Below, in pieces: positions 52,201 to 64,000 of a stretch of 64,000 nucleotides of DNA (position 1 is its first letter; each line of letters begins with the position of its first letter). The position numbers were made by a program, and so were the translations under genes. Source of the stretch: Eledone cirrhosa (lineage: Eukaryota); assembly GCA_964016885.1 (NCBI GenBank), contig OZ024740.1:209188001-209252000 (forward strand), given 5' to 3'. The notes under the pieces are model-generated. The model was not told the origin of the DNA. It did no database searches and saw only the letters and a program-made list of their open reading frames with translations.

Positions 52201-52307
52201 TTGGGGAAAGTGATTTTCGGAAAATAAGTTTTCGTGGCACTAACAGACTTGATAGTGCTGCCATTATTTGTTGATTGTCTGAAAGAAAAGCTGTTCTCTA
52301 TAGTTAT

Positions 52308-52406
52308 ACCACCACCACCACCACCACCACTACTACCACCACCACCACCACCACCACCACTACTACCACTACTACCACCACCACCACTACTACTAATACT
52401 ACCACC

Positions 52407-52453
<47 letters not shown>

Positions 52454-52478
52454 AACTAATGATAATAATAACTACTAC
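52308..52478. repeat. (ACC)n/(ACT)n compound trinucleotide microsatellite
   Basis: Direct reading. Confidence 0.95.
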
Positions 52479-54773
52479 GCGCGCGCGTATATGGGAGCAA
52501 GAGGATTCAAGAACATTTTGTAGAAATGAATTTAAATATTGGTTAACAATAATATGTATAGCAATAACAAGGGAAAGTTTCAACAACTTAGTCATAGTCA
52601 GTTAGTCACGCTGGTTTCAATAGAGCAGATATCATGTAAATGACTTATGAATGTATGTGTTACTGCAAACGTATTTGTTCGTCTAATAAGGACGAACACT
52701 CTTGGGCGTTCCACCACAGCCAATCATTGTTCAGCTCAAATCAGAAATAAAGCTTAAATCCTATAAATACGTACAGAAAGGTGAACCGTGAACAAGTTTC
52801 ACAAAGAATTAATATATTAATCGTTGTAAATGTACTAGGGTCGAATGGTTAAGAAGTTCACTTCACAATTATAAAGACCAGGTTTCAATCACGTTATGTG
52901 TCATTTTTGGCAAGTGCAGAGAGTTAGAATGAATACTCATACTGCAAAATATGTTGTCTTCCTTTCAAATGAATCTGCAAATTCGCCTTTGTTTTTCCTG
53001 CATTGTCCTAGAACTTCTGACGAATTTGTAGAGTGTGGCGTATTGACATATGGCGTTTCTTGGGGATTTTAAGTCTGTCGGAGTCCACTTCTCTCTAGGT
53101 CTGAACACAGCAGTTTTCTTCCAGAGAAGGATAGGAAGTGAGAAAGAGCTATAGAGGAAGAATCGATCCCAGTACTAGTTAGGTACTCTTTTATCGCCCT
53201 CGAAGGGATGAAAGGCAAAGTTGATTTAGGCGGGATTGAGAGCAGAGAACCAGAACGAATACCACTAAACATTCTATCCGACGTTCTAACGAGTCTGCTA
53301 ATTCGCCACCTAGCTAATGCCTATAGAACAAGTTTAATTCCGTCACCAAAGGGGTGGAGTGGAGAGAACTGGTTGGCACTGCTGCCATACTTTTCAATGG
53401 TGCACTCGCAGATTTAGAAAAAAATACGGTGTTTATTCTGAAACTTCACTCACCCTTCTCCCTCCCAAACACCAAAGCCAGGCAATATGGCTGTACTGAA
53501 ACCCAACGGTTGAGAGAAACTCCGTATGTCTCGTGCCTGGAAAGATTTTCTCCAAGGTGCAGGATTTTATTGGTGGAAGCTCAACAGTCGAGCCTCCAGT
53601 AATTGGCGTTCTGCTGTCTTTACGAAAAAGATGCTTTTTATGGTCGAGTATGGTCGAGCAACTAAATGGAAGGAACCTCCATCGGTTTCGACGAATAGTA
53701 TTCTAGTTATTTGATCAACGATACTTCCTGCTCATGAAATTAATGTGTAGGTGACTGAGCATTCCACATACACTTGTATCCTTAACGCAATTCTCAGGGA
53801 AATTCAGTGTGCGACACAGTGTGTGACAAGGTTAGTCCTTTGAATTATAGGTAGAGTCTATCCGACGGGCTTCGAAACAGTTTCATTACAAGACATGGGT
53901 TGATCCGAGGCTATGATATATGACAATTGCCCAAGATGTCACGCAGTGGGATCAAGCCCGAAGCGTAATAATTGTTTCTACTTTTGGCACAAGGCCAGCA
54001 ATTACCCCAGTGTATTACTGGTACTTTATTTTATTGACCACGTAAGGATGAAAGGCAAAGTTAACCTCGGTGGGATTTGAATTCAGATCATAAAGGGCCG
54101 TAACTTTACCGATACTGCCAATCCAATAATGGCGAAGCAAACTTCTTTATCATTTGACCATACCTAGGTCCTCTGAGCAACTGGATAAAGGTTGGCTTAT
54201 GTTGACAGTGGTGGTGGTGTGCGTTAATGCTATTGATGATAACGTTTTACTAGTCTTTGTTTAACCTCGGGTCAGCCTGAGCGAAAGATCATTTAGAGTT
54301 TCGCTTGTTGATTCAATTCATAGGCCAAACTAGAACGAATATCAACCACTAAAAATATATTTCTTTGTGAAAAATATAGCTGAGAACTATTAACATGCAG
54401 TGACTTTTCTGCCAATAATAAACGACTTATGTGCATTTATTTATTCTATTTATTCATTTTATTTATTTATTATCTTTCTTTATTTTCATTTATTTATTTT
54501 TATTTTTATTTTTATTTATTTATGTATTTATTTATTAGGGACGTCCAAGTTTATAAAAATACATTGTTATTTTAGCTAGAGTAGGTGGTGATAATAACAA
54601 GAAAGTTAAAATGTTGACAATTTTACATGGGAAACAAATGTCCGACGTAGAAAAAGTTGACACATGCATATAGAAGATTGGTGAAACAGAGAAAACAAGG
54701 GACTAGATAAATTCATTCCCCCATTTCCTGTATATATAAAAAATATTTTACGACACATCATACAATATAAATA

Positions 54774-55083
54774 CAGTGGAACCTCGGCTCACGAACGCCT
54801 CTCATTACGAACAAATCGATTCACGAACATAAAACATCACGGTTCACGAATGGTGTCTTGAGTAACGAACACGCAAGCCGGCAACAACAGTTGGCAACAA
54901 GCTGGGAGTATCGGCGGGAAAGCGTCACTTGTTGCATAGTTAGTTACTATGGTCATATCTGTCTTTCACACAGCCCCTCACTGTATTTCTCTGAACATTT
55001 CATATGAAAAAAAATAATTTTGGGTTACGAACATTTCGGGTGACGAACGGCTATCAGGAATAAGTAAATTCGTGAACCGAGGT
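54774..55083. mobile_element. Tc1/mariner-pogo (Tigger-like) MITE
   Basis: TA|CAGTGGAACCTCGGCTCACGAAC left TIR, TTCGTGAACCGAGGT right TIR (outer end decayed), repeated ACGAAC subterminal motifs. Confidence 0.8.
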
Positions 55084-55370
55084 ATGTGTGTGTGTGTGTG
55101 GGGGGGGGGGGGGTCAGCATTATTAACCCTTTCGTTGACGACTGCCACCCTAAGGTTTTCACCAATTAAACAAGATAAACAATAAATTAAGAGGTAAACC
55201 ATTTAGATAAGTCATTATATGGGGTGAGATTACCTGTTTAGTCAGACCAACAGAGAAAACAAAGAGAATCGTTTTATTGTAACTTAACCGGACAAGAACT
55301 ATGGATTAAGATAACACTGCTGAAGTATACACGTGTTTATATGTGTTTATATATATATATATATATATAT

Positions 55371-55570
55371 ATAGGAAAATGTTCAAGACCCTGACGGCAG
55401 AACTCAAGCCTTTCAACGGCTATTTCTGGACTCCAGAAATAGCCGTCGAAACGGCTTGAGCTCTGCCGTCGGGGTCTTGAACATTTTCCTATTACCCACT
55501 CTACTACCCAAAGTATTGAGTACTCTGGTGCGTTATGGACCACCTGGTTCCTTGCCACACTTCCTTCGTT
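55371..55570. mobile_element. GC-rich ~120-nt hairpin + tail, PLE pLTR fold-back (second copy 60127-60305)
   Basis: 55371-55491 is self-complementary; contains TAGCCGTC-GAAACGGCTT (3' half of a hammerhead); tail with GAGTACTC. Confidence 0.72.
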
Positions 55571-55796
55571 ATATATATATATGTGTGTGTGTTAAATATT
55601 TCCGGAGTAAAAACAAAGGAAAAAAGAGTGCTCTATGTACTCTATGTATAAAACAAAGCTATTTAATTAGTCAGTGAACAACACAATATATAACCCCTCT
55701 GACTGATGAGCATATGTTAATATTGTCTAGGGTCCTGAAACCTTTGGTAATGGAGTAGTTTTATTTTGTGTTGTTTACTTACTAATTAAATATATA

Positions 55797-56307
55797 TATA
55801 TTGTTATACTTGGGGAGGGTCATATTGTTGTAATAATATTGCCAGAATTAATAACAGAACACACTCACTGTTTGGTTCGTTTTCGCTTCTGTGTCTTTTA
55901 TTCGGTTAATTTAATTTATTCGGTCCTCAATGTTACCATTGACTGACCAACGGTCAAAAATACAGATATAATATAGACACAAACACATATATATAGTGTA
56001 ACAAAGTTCTTTCGTTGCACATCTGCAACATCGTCAGTGGTGCTATTATGTTTCCTCCTTTGTTAGACTATATATATGTGTTTGTGTCTATATTATATCT
56101 GTATTTTTTACCGTTGGTCAGTCAATGGTAACATTGAGGACCGAATAAATTAAATTAACCGATATAAAAGACACAGAAGCGAAAACCAACAAACAGTGAG
56201 TGTGTTCTTGTATTAATTCTGGCGATATTATTACACAAATATGACCTTCCCCAAGTATAACAATATTTGTTTCGACACACGATTTCATATCAAAAACCTC
56301 GCAAAAC
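55797..56307. mobile_element. PLE fold-back: ~210-bp inverted arms 55797-56006 / 56058-56266 plus tail
   Basis: Inverted repeat with a hammerhead in the loop; the tail encodes MTFPKYNNICFDTRFHIKNLAK, homologous to the 47168-47087 minus-strand peptide. Confidence 0.85.
56001..56040 (-). ncRNA. Type I hammerhead ribozyme motif
   Basis: CCA-CTGACGA-tGTTGCA gatg TGCAAC-GAAAGAACTT-TGT; 6-bp stem II, weak stem I. Confidence 0.75.
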
Positions 56308-56399
56308 TATATATATATATATATATAATATAAAGGTTTACATATACATTGGGAGAGGAAATGGTATATATTTTATCTAATAATTCTAAGGACATGATT

Positions 56400-56470
<71 letters not shown>

Positions 56471-56472
<2 letters not shown>

Positions 56473-57152
56473 TTGTAATAAAATGAAAACGAAATTTCAT
56501 TTCTCACTCTTAGTACGGCACTTACTTAAATGTAAGTATGTATGTATACGTACATACATATATGTATACAGACGTACAGTAGCATGCATATATATATATA
56601 TATATACATATACATACAGGTACACATACATATATGCACGTATCAGTTTAGCGGACGCTTATTATAACGCCCGCTTTGTTCGTTTGTAAACAAACTGAAC
56701 AGCCTGAATTTATGCCGTACGGTGTTAAGGCAACCACGTCAATTTCGTTTTCATTTTATTACAACTTAACGTTTTCGGTACGCCTGACCGACTTAACTCA
56801 CTCGATATGCAAATTAGGCTGCTCAGCCGTTCATTTTCATAAGGAAAGTATATACTTTCGAACGTTCAACTATCTGGCAGAAGGGTATACGGTGCTGATG
56901 ATAGCTAACAAGCTTGAAACTAGTACATCGTTCCTGTGTCAGTGTTGAACAAAAAGGTGACGTGGTTGCCTTAACACCGTACGGCATAAATTCAGGCTGT
57001 TCAGTTTGTTTACAAACGAACAAAGCGGGCGTTATAATAAGCGTCCGCTAAACTGATACGTGCATATATGTATGTGTACCTGTATGTATATGTATATATA
57101 TATACAGGTACACATACATATATGTTTCATTGTTTTATTCATTATTCTTTTA

Positions 57153-57208
<56 letters not shown>

Positions 57209-57265
57209 TGCTACTGTACGTCTGTATACATATATGTATGTACGTATACATACATACTTACATTT
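56471..57265. mobile_element. PLE fold-back: inverted arms ~56527-56741 / 56958-57265 plus left tail
   Basis: Core 56636-56741 appears to be the exact reverse complement of 56958-57063; hammerhead on + strand in the spacer. Confidence 0.86.
56889..56931 (+). ncRNA. Type I hammerhead ribozyme motif
   Basis: ACGGTG-CTGATGA-tAGCT aaca AGCTt-GAA-ACTAGT-A-CATCGT: stem I with G.U pair, palindromic stem III, GUA site. Confidence 0.82.
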
Positions 57266-57922
57266 ATATATATATATATATATGAAAAACATGGATATAT
57301 ATATATTTATACAAATTTAAATTTTGAAGACCAACACAATGCGTATTAAGAATGTTAAATTGCCAAGATAACAAAAGAATCTTACCTTAGCAAATTTAAC
57401 GATCCCAAATATTTTGGGGTTTAAAAACTTAAATTTGTGTTTCCTGAAACAATGCTTAAACAATGCATTAAACCAAATGTTCTCAATGGGGGAGGGGGGT
57501 ATATGCCCCCCCGTGCGTTTCGGAGCTCCAGGGGAGCGTTAGGGGGGGAGGCGTTTGAAGCTTTGGGGGCGCTAGGGGGGCACTGGAAGGCTATTTACTT
57601 AGGTAAGTTTTATAAGACATATTTGTACGGCTCTTAGTCAGCCAGTGTGAATGCATTTGAATGAAGAAAACGAAGAAAATAAATAAAAGAAGCTCGTCAA
57701 CGAATTCCCTAGGGAGATAAAAGAAAAACGAAAGAAATCAAAGAAAATGAAAATAAGGACAACTTTAACTTTGACAACAGTTACAAGAACAACAGAAACG
57801 ACAAGAAAAAGAAGCAATGGTGATGAAAGGTGTGGGTGTATACATACATACATACATACATACATACATACATACATACATACATACATACATACATACA
57901 TACATACATACATACATACATA

Positions 57923-58775
57923 CAGAAAAAGTTGTGCATGGATACTTGAGGCGTAAAACACAGACCATAGAGGGGATAAACCACTCAAAAAGCCTGGCAT
58001 GGAGTTCCGACAAGTTTATGACATCACACTTTGAGGGATATCTCTATGCAATACAGGAACAAGAACTTCCTACCAAATATCTGCTGCACAAAAGAGGAGG
58101 GCCAGCAGCTGACAATAAATGTAGGCTATGTAAAACAAAGATCGAGGATGTAAGCCACATTGTTGCCAGCTGCGAAAGAATGTCATCTCGCTACTACCTC
58201 CCCCATGAGACACGATGGGATAGCTAGAACCATCTGGAACGCACTTCGGAAAACAAAATTAACAACAAACGAGGAAGAATATATTGAGACAGATGGCACT
58301 AAGGAATACTGGTGGAACCTGAAAATAAAAACTGCCACCAAATTAAAGCACAACCGGCCTGATATTGTAGTTTGGGACCTCACATTGAAAACGTGTTCTG
58401 TTGTGGAGATCAGCTGCCCACTTGATGTAAACGTTGTCAGAAAAATACAGGAGAAGGAGGACATCTACGGACCATTGATGAGGAGTTTACAAATCCAGTA
58501 TCCAAGATACACCTTTAGCTTCATACCCATCATTATTGGTGCTACGGGTTATATACCAACTCGCTTGGACCAAAGTATGACTGAACTTGGATTTGCGGAC
58601 AAAAAGCGCAGCTCCCTAATTCATAGTCTACAAATGGCTGCGATAGCTGGCACCTTCAAAATTTGCAAAACATTCTTGCGATTCAAGGGATGACAATTTC
58701 TTTTCTTTTACAACCTTGCCACCAGGAAGGTGGCCGGTCAAAAAAATATACTCGAAATTAAGAGAAAGAGAAAAC
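57923..58775 (+). mobile_element. RLE-type (R4/Dong-like) LINE 3' fragment within a (TACA)n tract
   Basis: KVVHGY..EGYLYAIQEQELPTKY..CRLCKTKIEDVSHIVASC (CCHC)..RHDGI..HNRPDIVVWD..VVEISCP..KEDIY..PIIIGATG; one frameshift ~58200; (TACA)n at 57840-57922 and 58776-58800. Confidence 0.92.
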
Positions 58776-59041
58776 ATACATACATACATACATACATACA
58801 CACACATATATACTAACACAGGCCGGCGTTGGTGTTTGATGAGGTTGAGAACCTGGTTAGCTTTCAGCCAGAACTGTGGTATTTAATCTCCCTAGGTAAT
58901 AAAATCTAGGTAATAAAATCTAGAGACAAAATTCTCTCCTTACCAAATAAAACCATAAAACATGTCAACATCCTTACACACTTAAATATAAATGCATGTA
59001 TATATACAAATGTATAAATGCATAGCTATATACATAGGTAA

Positions 59042-59107
<66 letters not shown>

Positions 59108-59152
59108 ATGTATGTCTATATATACATACATACATATATACATACATAGTAT

Positions 59153-59760
59153 GTCAGGTCACCAGTTGGTGCTACTGGTAACATGTATCCCAGTACAACC
59201 TGTCTCATGGTCGGGTCGTTGGCGACTAAACTGGAAACCCCACCAAGGTTTCTTGATGAGGAGGGTGACTTTGGACATCCTGCAGGACTAAAAACAAAAC
59301 TTGTCAAAGGGCAAAGGAGCTCTTAAGAGTCAATGGCCATCCAAAATCACCGGGAGAGATGATCCCTTAGCCTTTGTCAAGGCAGAATTCTAGGAGAAGG
59401 AAAGCTCTGATATAACACCTGCAACCCTGATGGTATCCAATGATGTTGACTTGTTCTTCTTTTTGGTAAATATCATCTTGGTTAAGAGAGTGGGACTGGC
59501 TTTGTGCAGTGCCTTTGCTCACTATAAAAGCTTCACGGCACAGGCATTGCTTTATATCTGGAGATCTCTCTGCACTTGTCGTCACATGGTACCATGGGCC
59601 CAGCACTATGTATCAATAATTGTCACAAGTGTAGTGTTTGTACCAGAGTTTTCAAGTCGCTGGCTGGACTAAAAAGTCACACTCGTTCAGCGCATCGGTA
59701 GGGGTTCTCCTACATGGATATAAAGTAGTGGCCGTACTCGAAAACGAGTTGGCAGCCACC
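59153..59760 (+). mobile_element. 600-bp non-autonomous RTE derivative, copy 5
   Basis: Near-identical to 8955-9555. Confidence 0.9.
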
Positions 59761-59766
59761 ATATAT

Positions 59767-59828
<62 letters not shown>

Positions 59829-60076
59829 CACACACACAGACACACACATATATATATACATATATTTTCTTTTTTCAGTCTGGTCTACGTCTGGATAGAA
59901 CGCAATGTAATCTTGTAAAATCCATAGAGAAGTTCTGTGTTTCGCTGAATTAATTCTTTAGATACAGAGTCAGATATTAGGTATTAAATTAACAATAAAA
60001 ACAAAAACAACAAAATAAAAACAATGTTATAAAGTAACTTGACTTTGTTCTTTTTATTTTCATTGTTAACTTGATA

Positions 60077-60126
<50 letters not shown>

Positions 60127-60131
<5 letters not shown>

Positions 60132-60303
60132 AACCAGTAAGACCCCGACGGCTGAGCTCAAGCCGTTTCGACAAATTAGCCGTCGAAACGGCTTGAGCTC
60201 AGCCGTCGGGGTCTTACTGGTTCCTATTATCCACTCTACTACCCTAAGTATTGAGTACTTTGGTGCGTTATGGTCCACCTGGTTCCTTACCACATTTCCT
60301 TCG

Positions 60304-60305
<2 letters not shown>
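60127..60305. mobile_element. Hairpin + tail PLE fold-back (family of 55371-55570)
   Basis: 60127-60228 self-complementary; same tail as 55492-55570. Confidence 0.72.
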
Positions 60306-60363
<58 letters not shown>

Positions 60364-60390
60364 CAATCTACATACATACATATATATATA

Positions 60391-60515
60391 TGCGCAGTGT
60401 GACAAGAAGCTTGCTTCCCAACCACATGTTTCTGGGTTCAGTCCCACTGCCCGGGCCGACCAAAGCCCTGTGAGTGGATTTGATAGACCGAAACTAATAG
60501 AAGCGCGTCGTATAT
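60391..60515 (+). mobile_element. Decayed tRNA-derived SINE (octopus OK-like)
   Basis: AAGAAGCTTGCTTCCCAACCACATG..GGGTTCAGTCCCACTGC..CCGACCAAAGCC..GTGAGTGGATTTG. Confidence 0.65.
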
Positions 60516-60651
60516 CTGTATATATGTCTGTGTGTGTCTTTGCGTTTGTGTTTGAACTCCCACCAATGCTTGTTGGTTTGTTGACGTCCTCATAACTTAC
60601 CAAGGTGATGCTCCAGCATGGGCGTAGTCCAGAGACAGAAAAAAAGTAAAG

Positions 60652-60690
<39 letters not shown>

Positions 60691-60967
60691 AGAAGAGGCA
60701 TCCCAAACTGAAGGACATAAAAGGGCCATTACGTCCTGGAGTAGGGGCACAGTGGGCCAAACATGATGCTGGGTGATGATTTTCATCAGTTATAATCATT
60801 TCTACTATAGGCACAAGGCATGAAATTTAAAGTTTAGGGTCCCATCGATTACATCGATCCCAGTTCATAACTAGTACTTAATTTATCGACCCCAAAAGGA
60901 TGAAAGGCAAAGTTGAGATCGGCGGAATTTGAACTCGTAGTTATAATGGAATCTGAAATATTGGTTC

Positions 60968-61018
60968 TACCACGGGCCATAGAAAAGTAGTTCGCGGGCC
61001 GCATATTTGAGCCCCCTG
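60968..61018. mobile_element. hAT/Charlie-like terminal fragment
   Basis: GCGGGCCGCATATTTGAGCCCCCTG resembles a hAT right terminus. Confidence 0.45.
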
Positions 61019-61118
61019 TTGGAGAGATAGATAGATAGATAAATAGATAGATAGACGTGTACCAAACACACACACACATTTCTTACTCCTCTCTGTCTCC
61101 CTCTTTCTCTCTCTCTAT

Positions 61119-61165
<47 letters not shown>

Positions 61166-61844
61166 GTTGTTGAAAAGAGCAGTGGATTTTTCCCCGGCAT
61201 TAAAAACTGGAACAAAATTCTTTCTGGCACACACAGACACACACACAAGTGTGTGTGTGTGTGTGTGTGCGCGCGCGCGCGTGTATGTGTGTGTATCTAT
61301 CTATGTATATATATATAAGGGATACAGATATTGTTTGTTCACTGTCACCAAGCATCTCAATTCATTCGTTGCAACTTAGTTCGTGATCGAGGCACTTTAT
61401 TTTGCAAGGAACTATTTTTCCCTTGAGTTTGTGATTCAAGAGAAAGATAAGAATTTCTTCATATTTTGCATCTTTTGTATTTTGACTTTACAGTTTAAAT
61501 TGTAGAATTGTCCATCCACTCAAAATATTACAACAGCTAACAGTGAAATATAGAATTAAAAAAAAAAAATGCTTTTTCGACTGAGATCAAATCTTTGAGA
61601 ACATTCACGTCTTTTTTTCAAAAATATATAATTTGAAATAGTTTGCTTTTGTATTTAATTCGTACGATTATTTTTTAAAGATTCTAACATAACTTGATTT
61701 GGCCCAGTAATCTACTGATATTAAAATCAGTAGTATATTGAAAAATGGAAAAATAGGGGGAGGGGGGCGTTTCGTGATTTTGAGGGGCAAATGGGTTGAG
61801 AACCTTTGCATTAAACAATGCTTCAAGCAAGCTACAAAACTCTG

Positions 61845-61948
<104 letters not shown>

Positions 61949-62029
61949 GGTAAACAGAAATAGCAACACAATCAGTACAGTATATGGAAGGAATATATTA
62001 GGTTGACGCTTGAAATAGCAAGAAGAGGG

Positions 62030-62065
62030 CCTTAACATTTCGGACGCTAGTCCTTCATCAGAAGA
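62030..62065 (-). ncRNA. Minimal type I hammerhead ribozyme motif
   Basis: TCTT-CTGATGA-aGGAC tagc GTCC-GAAATGTT-AAGG; paralog of 47859-47894. Confidence 0.75.
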
Positions 62066-63055
62066 AAGAATGAGAAATTAGAAAGATTGAAGGGACGGGT
62101 GGGGGTGGATTTGGAGAAAAATAACATTCATGTTGCCACTTCTTGTAAAGTATGTATGTATATAAATTTACTACTACAGTACTACAGTCTTCTAGCGACC
62201 GGACTAGGTCGGATACTCTTGAACGAAATCCTGCCGAGGAAGGAATATTCCTGTTCCATTAATAGATGCATCTATGACTTGCATATACATTGTGCAACCC
62301 GTGATTCATCTTCCCGAATCCCAGAAACCTATCGAAGATTTTTATCGATTCATGTTTTCTTGAGATGGTCCAGGTTAGCGTCCACCGTTTGCATATATCG
62401 ATGTTGTGGTATTATTATGGCTACATGCATTTGGCCTCTTTATTCTTAGTGTCAGACTTTACTAACTTTTTCTGTTTACTCTGGGTGAAAACATATTAAC
62501 TCTTCACACCATTGAGTGCTTTGTAACAGCCTCAAACAATTCGATTGGTACCTGCTATACTGCGGCTGCAACTTCGATTTATATCCACTATTATTTATTT
62601 TCTCCTAGTTCATATATTCAATTATTCAATTGATTGTTTATAAAGCTAGTTGAGAGCTTATTTGAGGCAGCAAAAAAAATGTTCTTCACACTTTGAATTT
62701 ACGTGATGACACTGGCGAATTTACTGCTACAGTAGAGTGTCTAGCGACCAGACAAAGTCGGATATTCTGGGACAAAAAACCTGTCGAGAAAGGGATATTC
62801 CCGTTCCATCAATAGACGCATCTATACCTTTCGAGGTTGATAAAAGAGTACCAGTTTAATATTGATATCGATACTTCTTCTATATCTCTTTCTCATTTCC
62901 ATTTTCTCATTCTCTATCCTTCTCTGAAAGAAATCTGCTGTATTCTGGAAAAAATTCCCGAGAAACGCCGTATGTCCCTACGGCTCCTGCCCCAGGAGTT
63001 GCGGAGCATGTATCTATGCATGCATATATGTATGTAAGTATGTATGTATGTATAT

Positions 63056-63653
63056 GTCAGGTCACCAGTTGGTGCTACTGGTAACATGTATCCCAGTACA
63101 ACCTGTCTCATGGTCGGGTCGTTGGCGACTAAACTGGCAACCCCACCAAGGTTTCTTGGTGAGGAGGGGGACTTTGGACATCCTGCAGGACTAAAAACAA
63201 AACCTGTCAAAAGGCAAAGGAGCTCTTAAGAGTCAATGGCCATCCAAAATCGCCGGGAGAGATGACCCCCTTAGCCTTTGTCAAGGCAGAATTCTAGGAG
63301 AAGGAAAACTCTGATATAACACCTGCAACTCTGATGGTATCCTATGATGTTGACTTGTTCTTCTTTTTGGTAAATATCATCTTGGTTAAGAGAGTGGGAC
63401 TGGCTTTGTGCAGTGCCTTTGCTCACTATGAAAGCTTCATTGCTTTATATCTGGAGATCTCTCTGCACTTGTCATCACATGGTACCATGGGCCCAGCACT
63501 ATGTGTCAATAATTGTCACAAGTGTAGTGTTTGTACCAGAGTTTTCAAGTCGCTGGCTGGACTAAAGGGTCACACTCGTTCAGCGCATCGCTAGTGGTTC
63601 TCCTACATGGATATAAAGTAGTGGCCGTACTCGAAAACGAGTTGGCAGCCACC
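63056..63653 (+). mobile_element. 600-bp non-autonomous RTE derivative, copy 6
   Basis: Near-identical to 59153-59760. Confidence 0.9.
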
Positions 63654-63677
63654 ATGTATATATGTATGTGTATGTGA

Positions 63678-63856
63678 GTGCTACTGGTAACATATAAGCA
63701 AGTACAACTTGTCGCATGGTCGGGTCGTCGGCGACTAAACCGGCAACCCCACCAAGTTTACTTGGTGAGGAGGGTGATTTTGGACACCCTGCTGGACAAA
63801 AAACAAAAGCTGACAAAGGGCGGAAGAACTCATAATAGTCAACAGTCATCCAAAAA
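63678..63856 (+). mobile_element. Diverged subfamily of the 600-bp element 5' region
   Basis: GTGCTACTGGTAACAT..GGTCGGGTCGTCGGCGACTAAACCGGCAACCCCACCAAG..; colinear with 63072-63250. Confidence 0.8.
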
Positions 63857-64000
63857 TGTGTTAATATGTATATACATATGTACATGTGTATGTATATATG
63901 TATATATATATGTATATGCATGTGCGCATATATGTGTATATGCGTAGGGACATAGAAATAATCGGGTTGGATACCTGATCGCGCGGTTAAACCACTGGGA

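Noticed and set aside
52179-52605. Poly-G/S, poly-P/L and poly-T ORFs
   Set aside because: Translations of the (ACC)/(ACT) microsatellite.
55700-55745. Hammerhead-like CTGATGAG..GAAAC
   Set aside because: Stem II does not pair; at best a decayed PLE remnant.
58835-58880. TTGATGAGGTTGAGA..TTTCAGCC hammerhead-like stretch
   Set aside because: Both the core C and the GAAA box are missing.

Overview
Very AT-rich, repeat-dominated animal genomic DNA. The tRNA-derived SINE families and the LINE mix resemble octopus/cephalopod repeats (recognised from memory, not database-verified). Positions ~1-38.5 kb are retroelement fragments (three RTE subfamilies with an internal PHD-like finger, an AviRTE/BovB-like RTE with C-terminal C2H2 fingers, a ~600-bp non-autonomous RTE derivative, and Penelope-like elements, PLEs) separated by 0.3-3.7 kb impure (TA)n arrays. 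A likely terminal coding exon of an unidentified + strand host gene lies at 39960-40157, so the left part is probably intronic. Right of it the giant arrays disappear. That part holds a decayed Tx1/L1-type LINE, two RLE (R4/Dong-like) LINE fragments, RTE-X and CR1 fragments, a non-autonomous Helitron, a Tc1/pogo-type MITE and many SINEs. The most notable hidden structure is about ten minimal type I hammerhead ribozyme motifs with intact cores, plus several decayed ones, from many distinct PLE families. Most sit at the centre of fold-back inverted repeats that carry an asymmetric tail. Almost all long Y/I/M/C/V-rich ORFs in the track are microsatellite artefacts.
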